From: Octopus sinensis
Taxonomy: Eukaryota
Assembly (NCBI RefSeq): GCF_006345805.1
Contig: NW_021832464.1
Location: 1 to 40,301 of the forward strand
Direction of reading: 5' to 3'
Length of the DNA stretch: 40,301 nt
Numbering within the stretch: the stretch's first letter is position 1; every line of letters starts with the position of its first letter. Under the pieces are notes generated by a model. The model ran no database searches, was not told the DNA's origin, and saw only the letters and a list, made by a program, of their open reading frames with translations. Below are positions 1-10,950 of this stretch, in pieces. The translations under genes and the position numbers were made by a program.

Positions 1-470
1 GTCAGACAATCAGCTTTGGACGAGGAAGCAATGTCAAGGCTCCAAAGAGCAAGTCCTCATTAACCAATACTTAAATAAAAATTATGGAAATGGTCTATAT
101 TCTGCTTGGATATTTGACTCAATTGATCATGAGTTTTTGTTTTACGTATTGAGTTGATTTTAAATTCCTCATTGAATCGTCAACTTTGTAAAGAAAATAA
201 TCAAAAGGTGGACAGAAAACGTACATATCGATGTGAAAGAATTGGCAAAGTAAAGTTTTGCCGGGGGAATATTCCAAAGAGGATGGATCTCTTATACAGG
301 ATGCATAACTCAATGTTTTCCAAACTCCAAGAGCCCAATATGTTTACATACTTCACGAATCAATTCTTCTTTATTGACGACCATAAAATAGTTTCTTTCA
401 AAAGAGATGTGCTAGTCAAAATAATAACGTCTGTTAATAGATTCTTGAAAATGTTTGTTTAGAGATGAAT
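1..470 (+). mobile_element. Degenerate R4/Dong-clade non-LTR retrotransposon RT fragment
   Basis: Translates with stops and frameshifts as DNQLWTRKQCQGSKEQVLINQYLNK..YSAWI..FDSIDHEFL..KVKFCRGIFQ..FFIDD, collinear with the R4 RT at 25100-25500 (NQLGTRRSCQGAKEQALLNK..LWIDIRKAFDSVDH). Confidence 0.75.
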
Positions 471-1022
471 CGCGAAAAATCAGTATCTAATGTGAAAATT
501 TTATCATGCTAGATATAATTAATGACTTATGTTTAAAAAAATTTTTTTCATTTTAATAGAAAACCAGGAACTCATGTTGCCAAACGTAATGTTCTAAATT
601 TTAGATAGAATTTAAACCGATTTTCATAAGCAGATTAAAAAATGCATCTTACCAATCAGATATCATAGATATATTAAAATATACTGCAGAATGCTTAGTC
701 TGTAGCAAACATACATTAAAATATTGCTCAAATTTTTCCCTAATAAAAAAATTTGAATTTAGAACAGATGAACGCGAATTCATATATCGAAACCTTACTG
801 TTACGCAGAAACAATTGATTCGTTTAAGAAAAAATATCTTTATTCTCATCATATAAGAAATAAAAAAAGCATTTCCGTGCATAATTATTATTTTGCATAT
901 TTAATAATAAAGCTGAAGAAAAAATATCTTTTATTAAAAAGAACTAATCAAAAAATACTCCTTAGGTTAGAAAATTAATTGTGTTAGCTTATTTTCTATC
1001 GAATAATTATGAATGAGATGTA

Positions 1023-1206
1023 TTACTTCATTGGAGCACTTCGATCGTTTGTTGTTGCATGTGCCAATTTAGGTTTTCCTTTCTTGATTTGGCTCATAAC
1101 GGCATCTTTTCCAGCGGGCTGAGTAGGAATGTCTGTCTTTGTCTTTGGCTCTTGTGTTTTTCTATTTTAATTTAATTAATTTGTGACAAAAGGTGACTAA
1201 CCCCAT
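1023..1206 (-). CDS. 47-aa WH2-domain micro-protein (actobindin/WIP N-terminus-like)
   Basis: Exon 1 ATGGG (1206-1202), 40-nt GTTAGT..ATAG intron (1201-1162), exon 2 to TAA (1023-1025). Product MGKTQEPKTKTDIPTQPAGKDAVMSQIKKGKPKLAHATTNDRSAPMK; AVMSQIKKG-x3-LAHATTNDRSAP matches the WH2 helix plus LKKT-x-TNDRSAP motif. Start exon is inferred. Confidence 0.7.
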
Positions 1207-2303
1207 GACTGTAGTTTGAACATTTAGCGTTAACTAGAATAATATATTGGGCGATTAATTAAATTCTTACGGAAATGTTAATCCTTCCGCAATATTCATG
1301 CAAGTTGATTAGTTTCGTTGTTTCGCAAAAAATAATTCGTATTTTTGCTCAAAAGATAGCAATTTATCATGTACAGCCAGTGTTAGACGGAAAAATCTAG
1401 TCATTTGTATGAGTTATACAGCTATTAACAACTTTTTTAGAATATTTTTTCTTTCACAACAGTTTTTTTATTAAAAACAAGTTGATTTAGTAAATATTTT
1501 ATATAAAGAGATGGCACTATTCATAAGCACGTCTACGTATTAAAGACAAAAAATAAGAGAGTGTTCACGAACACGTGTACGTATTGAAGTTCGAATGCAA
1601 AGAGTCGAAAAACAAAAAAATCCCAATATTATAAGTTTACAATTAAACAAAAAAATAAAAGATTGAAATCTATCCAATCCTATTTCCGTTGATCCCGATC
1701 CGAAGGAAACTGTTGATTTGGTTTAACTTTTTATTACAAAAAGTCTTATTTTGTTGGTTATGATGATCAACTGATGCAATTTTTTATTCCATGTGCTGGA
1801 GTGTGTAGGAACTCATCTGTCAATAACAAACCTTGTGAAAAATGTCGTTAGATAATGGTCTCCTATGTAAACTTAACTGTGGAATTCTACAACGTGATTC
1901 ATTATCCCGTCAATTTTTTGTTATGGTCATAGGTCCTCTCAGTCGAATACTAATTTTCCTAAATTTTGAATTAATTTAAGAATCACTTGTTTTTTGTGGA
2001 GAATCTTAAAATAAGTTCTCAAGAAGGAAATACCTCAACAAAAATTATGGATGTCATTGTCAATTACTTTTATTTCACTGGCTTTTAATTAATCCTTAAA
2101 ACAATTAATTTACCTTTGACTCTATTTTTATAAGCAAACGAATGGTCCTCCTGTTTCTGAAAGATTTAAATAAAAAAATTCAATTTTTGTCTATGGAGGT
2201 CGGGAATAAACAAAAATGGCATATTGCAATTATCGCAAAGTAGAGAACTACTGACAAACATGCTATTACTGTTAGAAAATTGAGAGAAGCGCACATGCAA
2301 TAT

Positions 2304-3500
2304 TTAAGTAAGAAAATTAGAAGTAAATTGCTTCACCCCCCTTTGTTTAAATTTCGATATCAAAATATCAAGTAAAGTGTTGGCAAAAGGGATTAACTCT
2401 CCATGATGTGAAACTCTATACTGTTTTCTACAAAATAGGAATCTATTCTTTGATGGACGTGAGTATCTATGTATCCATTGCAAAATTCCCAAAAAGTTGC
2501 AAGAGTATTATGAAGAGAATAAAACTGGATATAACATAGAACTCCAAGTATGAACTTCTGAAGAGAGATATCTAGGTTAACTTCTATTAAAGCATTGCGA
2601 ACATCCAGTTCCGATATGAATAGAATATCAACTTGTATTTCGAATTGTCGAATTCTACACGCATGAGCGCTACCGGCTACTTTCAGATTAATTTCAATTG
2701 ATTTGGCATCCAGGATTAACATTTGAACAGATGATCTTTGATAACGGGAATTCCTTCTTCAGCCTTGTTTAAGGCAATTACATTAGATGAGAGAAAAATA
2801 ACCAGAGCTACCATTAAGAATCCAAGTACATAGAGTTTTGATTAAAAGACATCTGACAGCCTTTATAGTTATCGGAAAAAGAAAGTTCGATTTCTAAGAT
2901 CGAGAAATCAGATTGATAATTTTAAAACGAATAAGATACCGAGCTGATAAATATCTATTTTCATAAAATCTTACGGATTTTTTCAGTCCAATCAAATATT
3001 TTCAAATCTTCTCATGTTTCTTAGTATTTGAAAAAGCGAATCCCAGTTTTCATGTTGAAGTTAGAGAAAACTATAAATTCTTAATATTGTCAAGTAGTGA
3101 ATTCAATAGAGCAATTATGGAATTATAAAAAAAAGTATTACAAATCAGTTTTAATTAACAATGAGAAGAGATTGAGATCTAGAAAACTCCAAAAGATTTA
3201 ACTTTTACATCCACTAGAAAAAATTGAGAAAAAACCTTTACACTCAATTCTATACTAGTGTCTGAAAAGCACTGATGTGAATGTTGTAAAATGCAGGTGA
3301 CTAAAAAACAAAAATAACTTTCTACCAGCTAAAGGAATCTTTGTTCATTCTTGAGCTGTACTTACCACTCATCCATCTTACAGGGTTAGCATCTTCTGTG
3401 ATCATTCTTAAGTTCGACTCAATGACTTCATTTGGCAAGACTTCGTTGCTCAATTTGTAAAAAAGTCTTTTGGCATTCTTCTGGAGAGATCATTCCAAAC
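2304..3500 (-). CDS. Probable multi-exon gene, unidentified product
   Basis: Protein-like open stretches (MPKDFFYKLSNEVLPNEVIESNLRMITEDANPVRW; AGSAHACRIRQFEIQVDILFISELDVRNALIE; KQYRVSHHGELIPFANTLLDILISKFKQRG) separated by short AT-rich GT..AG segments. No consistent full model or family could be built. Confidence 0.3.
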
Positions 3501-3519
3501 TTATGTCCTATGCGTATTT

Positions 3520-4400
3520 ATTTTATTTATTCATTAAATCACCAAGACCACGCTAAAAACCGAACAAACGTCACGTGATCCCAATGCACTCAACCAGGGA
3601 CCTCATCTTCGCTCGGTGATCTTTCCACGAGCCCACACAAGATCGCACAGGGCAGCAGGCTGTTTTTGGCGGAGCATTCGCTGACGGGCCGAGGTTCAGC
3701 TTGATGAGGTCTTCCAGAGAAGCTGGACCGGGGCGTTGGCTATCATGCGACCAACGATCGGTTAATCTGAGGGCCCTTTGTTGGGCCTCCTCGATTCGCC
3801 TCCTGTTGGACCGCGTATACTCTCTGATGTACTAATAGCATTGTGGATTATTCCAATTCACTTGCAAGTAGGTCGTACTTATAGAGATTTTTCACCTCAC
3901 AATGATTCAAACCTTTATGGACTGTGATTCCAGTCTCTTGGCTGAAGACTAAGCTATGGATAATGGATTTGGACAGTCGTGAGTTCGATTCCGAAGGAGG
4001 CCAGTTTTCATCCTGGGGCCAATTCTCGTTATCGTTCCCCTGCCCGTGAGGTAACGAGTACTTCTGGCACGACACAGTTGGAAATGAGGATCTCTTACCT
4101 TCCGGTCTTAGCGTGGCGTTACGGGGTCCACCATGTCAGTTGGAAAATTCCAATCGGATATGGCAACGCTCAGGAGGCACTTAATGCCTACCGAAAAAGG
4201 ACTTCTAGCTCTCAGACCCTGGGACATCGTCGTCTCAGGCCGATCATGCGGGCAGGATCGAACCTTTCATTAGGATCTCCCTCGTTTGGATCGGCGATCA
4301 CGGGAATAACTATAATTAACTGGCTTTGCCCGTGTTTGGTCTTTAATAATAATAATAATTCCAGTCTCTTATTTATCAAATAGATATTTTTTGTAATGAA
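3520..4400 (-). mobile_element. R4/Dong-clade remnant (RLE C-terminus plus GC-rich 3' UTR and A-rich tail), interrupted by the SINE-like element
   Basis: ETGITVHKGLNHCEVKNLYKYDLLASEL aligns to EVGVTSQDNLQRVELEKLRKYDLLANEL of the element at 23466-24269. A-rich tail at about 3520-3540. Sequence resumes (YLFDK) beyond the SINE TSD at 4358-4370. Confidence 0.6.
3940..4357 (+). mobile_element. SINE-like retroposon, apparently full-length (418 bp)
   Basis: 13-bp TSD ATTCCAGTCTCTT at 3927-3939 and 4358-4370; (TAA)n tail; B-box-like GTTCGATTCC at 3983-3992; 3' part near-identical to a second TSD-flanked copy at 24695-24858. Confidence 0.8.
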
Positions 4401-4561
4401 ATTTACCAGTTTGTTTATTTAGAAATATTTTAATCTTAAATAAATATTTTGCTTAATATTGCTTCATATCTAATTATAAAAAATAGTCAGCTGCTCATAA
4501 TAACAGATGTTTACTTAATATGTATATTAACTTATATTTCAAAAAGTAATTATACGAAACA

Positions 4562-5083
4562 ATGCTATTATACTTGACTGTTATATTAAATCTTAATCAA
4601 ATTCTGTCTGTTACTTGGAAAGGTATTCCATTTTGTTAAACCTTAAGGAGATTGCAATAAAGACATCCAGAAGTGTTTTAAGATATACAACGTCTATAGA
4701 TTTCAACGTTCTGGAAAATATTTATGCCAAATATATGGAGGAGACTTAGCAACATTTAAATCGGACAAAGAATTGGAATATATAAATGGTGCCATATAAA
4801 AAACTAACTATTAAAGTACTGATCAAACAATACAGCAAAGATTATTTTGTTGGTTATGATGATCAAGTCACAGAAGGCAAGTTCAAAGACACAGAAGGAA
4901 ATTTGGCTGTATAGTAGATTAATTGATTTTATTAAACATTTATAGTCGGAAATAAAGTGGGGAGCTGACCAACCAGATAACAAATATAACGAAGATTGTG
5001 CTGCCATAAATTCAGATGGGAAGATGTATGATATTTCATGCCTACGTAAAACCGGATTCATCTGCCAATATCCTTACACTTAA
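4562..5083 (+). CDS. Secreted single-domain C-type lectin (QPD motif)
   Basis: Four exons, introns of 25, 28 and 37 nt (all GT-AG). Product MLLYLTVILNLNQILSVTWKGDCNKDIQKCFKIY..LCQIYGGDLATFKSDKELEYI..YFVGYDDQVTEGKF..KWGADQPDNKYNEDCAAINSDGKMYDISCLRKTGFICQYPYT with signal peptide and CTLD cysteines. Confidence 0.88.
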
Positions 5084-5169
5084 CAATCCTAAACATTTAA
5101 TTTAAAACAAACAATATTATTTCGAAACGGTGTGGATCTAATGTTCAAAACAATACGAAAAATTATTAC

Positions 5170-5511
5170 TTTATACTCAGTAACGTAGCAGCGTACCTGA
5201 AAGTCTTCAAACCTTTAATGTGAGAGGGACGCCAAAAAAATAAAAGACCGCGCGTCATGTGGTTCATCATTTTTGTTCGCATCAGATAAAATCTTAAATT
5301 GTATTCAAAAAGAACCATTTGTCGACATCCATCCAGATGACCTCCCTCTGGGCAGCACTTCCTCCAAGTTCGGGTACTTTCCCGCGAGCGGCTCATCTTC
5401 TCCGGAGATGTTGAGGAAAATCCTAAACCTAAAAAGAAGCTCAATATATTGAGCCTGAATATCAACTTCAAGTTGAATATTTACTGAAAAATCAAAAAGA
5501 ATCCCTTGCAC
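5170..5511 (-). mobile_element. pogo-family (DDE_1) transposase remnant
   Basis: EEVLPRGRSSGWMST..EY..RGLLFFWRPSHIKGLK resembles the 'LP..G..GWM....W....RxLLxxDxxxxH' segment of pogo transposases; frameshifted. Confidence 0.4.
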
Positions 5512-5559
5512 TTTATTTTGTTTTAATATTTGATAAATACTGAAGTTGAGTTCATGTTA

Positions 5560-6130
5560 ATAAATCTCGTGGGTGACCAGACTATGAAAAAAAATTCCCC
5601 CCGGACCGAAGTAAGCCTGTGCATACTGCAATACCGAAACTTGTTTTTAAATAAGGGAGAGAATAAATGCAGTCACTGTAACTCATATAAAAAGACTGTT
5701 GATACTTTACTACTAGGTGTGGCCGAATGCTTAACAGTTCCTCCCTCAGACGCCAATAACGAAGTGATAAAATGTCTGCATTTGCATCTACGCCTGCAAT
5801 ATTGAATAACAGACTCAAAAAATTAAAAACCCAATCAATCTAATTTGTTATCATTATCAAATTTGTAGAAATCCTAGTCGACACGGACGTTCCCGCAAAT
5901 ACTGTTATCTAGAATAACAAAACTGAAATTTTTGTTCGCGCAAATTCGAGTAAAACAATTAATTTATTGAGATGGGGGTCATTTCAAAAAATTGTCTCAA
6001 GCAGGTCGAAGTAGAAGAATTTTGCAAATATAGCTTGACGGCAAATGAACTGGAGGCAATCGACTGAATGAAAGAGAAAATCATCCTTGCTGTTATGATC
6101 TGGTATGGAATTGAGCCTAAAAAGAAAAGT
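5560..6130 (+). mobile_element. Degenerate R4/Dong-clade zinc-knuckle/RLE fragment
   Basis: LCILQYRNLFL..KCSHCNSYKKTVD..NNEVIKCLHLHL..LVDT..NNKTEIFV aligns with ACFLQYRNIFF..RCPHCKAAKKTVDH..HNEVVRCLHLHF..VDT..YNKPDLLV at 23466-24269. Confidence 0.75.
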
Positions 6131-6258
6131 TTGATTAACAAAATACATCAAGTAATTAACTAAATTTGATATTTGGTTATTAAATAAGTTATTAAAAAAA
6201 CAATCAAAGAACAAAAAGTATAAAAGTTGCATTTTTATTATTCATTTTGTATTAAAAA

Positions 6259-6645
6259 TTATTCAAGTCTAAAACCAGGATCTTGATGAAAGCCCGTTTT
6301 TTGTATAAATGATCTTTGGTTGGAACAATTCAAACAAATAGTAATCAAGGATCGTCCTTGAAGAAAAAAAGTTGCTGATTTACCCGGAGCGAGGATAATA
6401 TTACAATATTTACAAATTGAGCGTTTGATAGATCTATCACTACAATATATTTTTATCAAATACTACAGTCTCTGAACTGTCTTTCGACCAATTCGTTTCA
6501 TGGTAGAGATATTCATTCTGGTTAAAATAGAAGGACAAGAATCAGAATGAATCATTATATTTGACAGCTATTTATGATTATAAAAATAATTTCATTTCAC
6601 CTGATAGAGGTAATTCATACGTTCTTGGCCATGTTTATTACTCAT
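6259..6645 (-). CDS. RPP21: Ribonuclease P protein subunit Rpp21/Rpr2
   Basis: Three exons, introns 6568-6600 (33 nt) and 6440-6466 (27 nt). Product MSNKHGQERMNYLYQLS..MKRIGRKTVQRLDRSIKRSICKYCNIILAPG..TICLNC has the family R-x-N-Y-L-Y-Q motif and two CxxC pairs. Confidence 0.92.
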
Positions 6646-6725
6646 AACAAGAAAATATTCTCATCACTCCATATTTATATCACATTTAAATATATTTTAT
6701 AAATTAAAAAAGGATAAAATAAATA

Positions 6726-7545
6726 TCAATTTATACTTTTCTGAAAATTATCAACTATCTTATGAAAAACATCCATTTCATCAAATTGAAAACACAGAGC
6801 AGATATAAAATGAAGGGCACTAGAAATCCATCCACAATAAAATCCATAATCGTATTTGAATTCTCCATGATGTATATTTGATGACAAATTTTTTTGATGT
6901 TCGATCATATAAGTTACCAGAGACATTGTTATAAACATCGATATACCTAAAATGATCATAAAATAAAAAACCTGAAACTATAAATCCTTCTGCTGCCGAG
7001 TGATAATAATATAATTTTTTACTTAGGAATTTGTGAAAAATTCCGATTGTAGACAAGAATATGCTAAAAATATTCATTGTTAGTCCAAAAATCGCTAAAC
7101 AGCTTGTAACAGATTGAAATCCTATTTGACATAAAGTTATACATACTTGATATAGACTCGCATCCTGTTAATGATATCGCAGTAACATTAGCAAAACATG
7201 GATTAATAAGAGATATATTCATAGTTCCAGAACTGAAAACAGTTTTCCATAATAGTAAACAGTGAAATATTGTACTCAAAATTCCAGAAAAAGTTCCAAA
7301 TAATCTTATTTTTCTAAAAATTGGAGTATTTAGGTCGTCTCTTTTGATTCCCGGGGCGACAAATGTAGAATTGATACATAGTTCACTTAATTGGCGAGGA
7401 TAATTATTTACTTTCAAATTATCAAAATCTAAATTGTCCAAAACTAGTAAAATTATTAATATTTATCACAAGTTATCAATGCATCGTTTCTGTCTTTTAC
7501 ATTTGTTTCAAAAATCTCTGGCAATTTTCGAATATTTTTTGTCAT
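6726..7545 (-). CDS. Claudin/PMP22-superfamily membrane protein (5' end uncertain)
   Basis: Two 25-nt GT-AG introns join RLFGTFSG..C..C..ISRFQSVTSCLAIFGLTMNIFSIFLSTIG..YYYHSAAEGFIVSGISMFITMSLV..FKYDYGFYCGWISSALHFISALCF. This gives three clear TM segments with the Y-G-x-x-x-x-x-W motif before the last; the first TM was not located. Confidence 0.6.
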
Positions 7546-8084
7546 TTAAGACGATTTTATTTTAATAATCATTAATATATAATTGGAATTGTTCGATTAT
7601 TCAATAATCCCTCGAGTGTCAACGTTTGGTATTGATTCTTAGTGATAGTTATAATTGTTTATGTATTTTTTGATTTAATCAATATGTTAATACTTTTTGA
7701 AAACATAAAGAATTTGAAAAAATGTAGCTAAAAATCATTTAATCAATTCACTTTAGGTAACTATTTTTTACTACACGTAAATTATTGATTTTCATATCAT
7801 TAACTTTTGTTTAATATAATAAATTCAATTTGACTTCTGTGTAATTTAGAAAAAACGAATGCACCGCACTATTTCAGTATATTTTACAACAAAAAACTAA
7901 GAAGCCTTTTCTTGTCAAACTCTAGAGGATTTTTTTGTCATTTTAAAAAGAAATGATTATTGGAAAGTTGATAAATGATTTTATATGTTATCACTATTTA
8001 ATTAAAAAGTACCTAATAGGTGTTAATATCATTATTATTTTCACTATCATAGGAACATAATTTAAAGAAAAATTAATTAAGCTC

Positions 8085-9489
8085 CCACATATGCCACACA
8101 TGAAATTGCTGCCTTGATCATATTTTTCCAAGATGCACGGTTCCATGCTATACTCATGAGAGTATTAAAGTCGTCTCTGATTTTTAGCTGTCTTTTAATG
8201 TGGTGAAGGTCTCTCGGGATAACAATAGGTAGAGTTGTCCGTGAACCTCCTCGGAACTTTGATTTGTCATTTTTGTATTATAATTTCATTGCTTAACTGA
8301 CATAAGAAGTTGTGTCGAGTTTTAGTATGTGCCGAATAGGCGCCAACGAGTTTCGGTAATGTGATGGGTCTACTGTTTCAGATATATAATATAGAGTAAA
8401 GTTCTTGTTTTTCTTCGGTCAGTTGATGCCGATAAGAAGTATTACCTGTCTTCTGTAAAACGCATCGAGAAATTTTAGTTCAAACTCAGATGCTTCCAAT
8501 TTCCTCCGTTTTAGAAAAGTATAGGCTTAACAAAAGCATTGTATAATTTAACAAGTAAGACTGTTCCAACCTTGCGGTTTTGTAGCCACGTCGTCCACAG
8601 ATCGTTAAGTGCAACAGTCGACAGCATTTTTCTCCTCATATTGTCTTCGCTATCTCCTACGAATATCTCAACTTTTTTTTAGTTTTGTCATTTTTCGCCT
8701 GTTCTGTTTGCCTTCCGGTTGATTTTTACATACTCAGTTTTTTGATGTTCATTTTCAAGAACCATTTTTTCAGTGCTTGGGAAACAATGTTTAGCGATTC
8801 TTAGTGTTTCGACAAAAAGTCTACACCGTCAGCATAAATCACTTCAGTCCCGTTTCGAGCTAGACAATGAATAGTACAAGCGATATCGAATCACTTTGGG
8901 GCGTTACAATATTTGTTTTAAAATATTTGGATTCTACGGGCCCGGTCTTTACTGTTAACTAGATGTCTATAAGCAGTGCTCGAACAATTCTAATCGAGTC
9001 ATCGTCAAGAATAGTTTTGAGGACTTTTATTTGCTTGTCTCTGCGAAACGTATCAAATGCTCTTCTCATATCAAATTTCGAATTGTTTTCCCACGTCCGT
9101 CATGCACAATTAGATTTGTTTTCTGTTGTTGACGATTCAGTAGCCTAATGGTCATCTTTCAGGTCTGTGAACCATCCTTTAGGTTCAATTTCTGATATTT
9201 GAGAGTTTAATGAAGTTTTCACGTATTTAAAATTTTCCTTCTTAATTTTTCTCGATATTTGTCTACATTCTCTTGAGTTTTTCTTTTACTTTCTGGTCAT
9301 TTGTTTTTTCAATTTTCAGTTTGATGGCCTTTTTTTGCAACATCGGCAATATTTAGATTCAACAGGTTTGAGTGGCTTTTGCAGACAGTTGTTCCAATAG
9401 ATCCTTTCGCATCCTTGTGAATAAGTTATTTCAATATATCTCCGCTTTCGTTTGGGTCTTTCTCCGTCTCTTTTACTGGTCGATTTTGG
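8085..9489 (-). mobile_element. Degenerate RTE-like LINE (RT and C-terminus)
   Basis: DMRRAFDTFRR..IVTPQSDSISLVLF..KLYNAFVKPILF..LDAFYRRQ..RGGSRTTLPIVIPRDL..AWNRASWKNMI, with many stops. Confidence 0.7.
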
Positions 9490-9672
9490 ATCAATTTCTT
9501 TTTGGTATTTTATTAATTACACAAAAATTTTATACTTCTTATGTCTGGAAAAATCGATCTCCTGGGAGTTTTAAAAACACTCTGAATGATAAAATTGTAA
9601 AATAAACAAATCATTTATTAAAATTTAGAATTGTAATTAATATTAATTTTGTTATGTATTAAGTCCTGGTCA

Positions 9673-10645
9673 TTATTTATTGGTGTTACATTTGCAGAAT
9701 TTACCCTGATCAACTTGGCGAACTTTACAAACAAATGGCTTTGTTATCTTGGAATTATCAGTAACTGCAAGATGTTCCCATTTTCCACATAAGTTCATAT
9801 AAATACATTGTCCCTTAATTTTATCGGACATGTCACGATTTGACCAATGTTGGAATGCCTATATAATTATTTTTTAAAGACTTGATTTTGAGGAGGTTGT
9901 TTTATCCAGATTTCGGTTTGGTATTGGTCCACAAAATTTTCTATCGTTTTGTGTAATTAATAAAATACCAAAAAGAAATTGATTTTCGTCACTGTCGCTC
10001 GGTTCTACTAAAGTTCCATTTATTTTTGAGCAAATGGTTTCTGCTGCAGTGCATAGTACTTTTGATTTGTGATAAAGATAGCAGTAGCCTCCATGGCAAG
10101 ACACATTTGTGACTAAATATAGAGCAGATATATCGGGCTAATAACCTCCAGAATTGCATAAAAAATATCTATTATCTGTGCAGCAAGTTGTTTGCCATTT
10201 CCCGCATTCGTCAATTTCTATACATTTTTGACATTTTCCGGACATTATTGGTTCGTGATTCCCCCAATTTGCATATTTCTGGTATTGTATAATTTAAAAT
10301 ATTAGTAACTAAAGCTGAATTATAATGATGTCTGAATTTTTCATCACGAATAGTTTGTGCAATCCAAAAATTCCCCCCTAGTGTTTTAGAAACGTCTAGA
10401 AGTTATAGTAATCAAAAAACTAAGTATAAATTGGTTTTGTTTTGGAGAATATGAGTCCATTAACTGTAGATCAAATGCTTCGCAAAGATTAAGAGCTGCT
10501 TGGTAGTTTAGTTTATTTCCAGTGTACAAGAAATAATAATTAAAAAGGTATGACTTCATAAAATATCCAGAACCTTTTAATTATATTAAATAGTTTATAG
10601 ACTTAAAGAAATCCATGATGCCAACAAGTAAAGAATAGAATTCAT
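9673..10645 (-). CDS. Secreted protein with two tandem C-type lectin domains
   Basis: Seven exons, introns of 29, 25, 31, 33, 28 and 23 nt give an uninterrupted frame: MNSILYLLASWISLS..NYQAALNLCE..FWIAQ..YANWGNHEP..CQKCIEIDECGKWQTTCC..FLC / CHGGYCYLY..AETICSKINGTLVEP..ENQFLF..IWI..FQHW..CIYMNLCGKW..PFVCK. Confidence 0.88.
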
Positions 10646-10950
10646 TTGTTTAAGTTTGACTATAAAGCTTAATCGAATATAAAAATAAATATGGTCACAT
10701 ATTTTTAACAAGTGTAATTAAAAACTTTGAAAAATAAACAGTTGGTTCATGATAGTCAAAAAAACACTTCAGAATTAATTAAATCGTTACATAAATACTC
10801 TCAAAGTGAAATCACGCTCTCATACAGTAAAGAATTTATTAATTGAGTTTTTTAATAATTATTATGTTAAAAATGAATCACATTTTTCATCATTAGGGCA
10901 ACCGCAAATATGACTTAAAAAATTCAAATATTCAAATATGACCGACAAAG

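Noticed and set aside
540-960. Possible coding exon(s) (KNASYQSDIIDILKYTAECLVC..)
   Set aside because: No recognisable domain and no defensible start or splice model.
4020-4095. HDV-like ribozyme in the SINE (CTCGTTA/TAACGAG stem enclosing CCT-GCCCGTG-AGG, possible second helix TCGTTCC/GGAAATGA)
   Set aside because: The nested topology is suggestive, but there is no G1 start, no GG for P1.1, an atypical L3 and no catalytic C in J4/2. It would need an RNArobo/Infernal search and a cleavage assay.
4298-4315. CGGGAATAACTATAA resembles the 28S rRNA sequence upstream of the R2 target site
   Set aside because: Only about 13 of 15 bases match, with no flanking rRNA similarity; compatible with chance.
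10180-10240. Calcium-binding EGF domain (CIEIDECG)
   Set aside because: After splicing, the cysteines belong to the C-terminal half of a C-type lectin domain (NW..EP..C..GKW..C..FLC).
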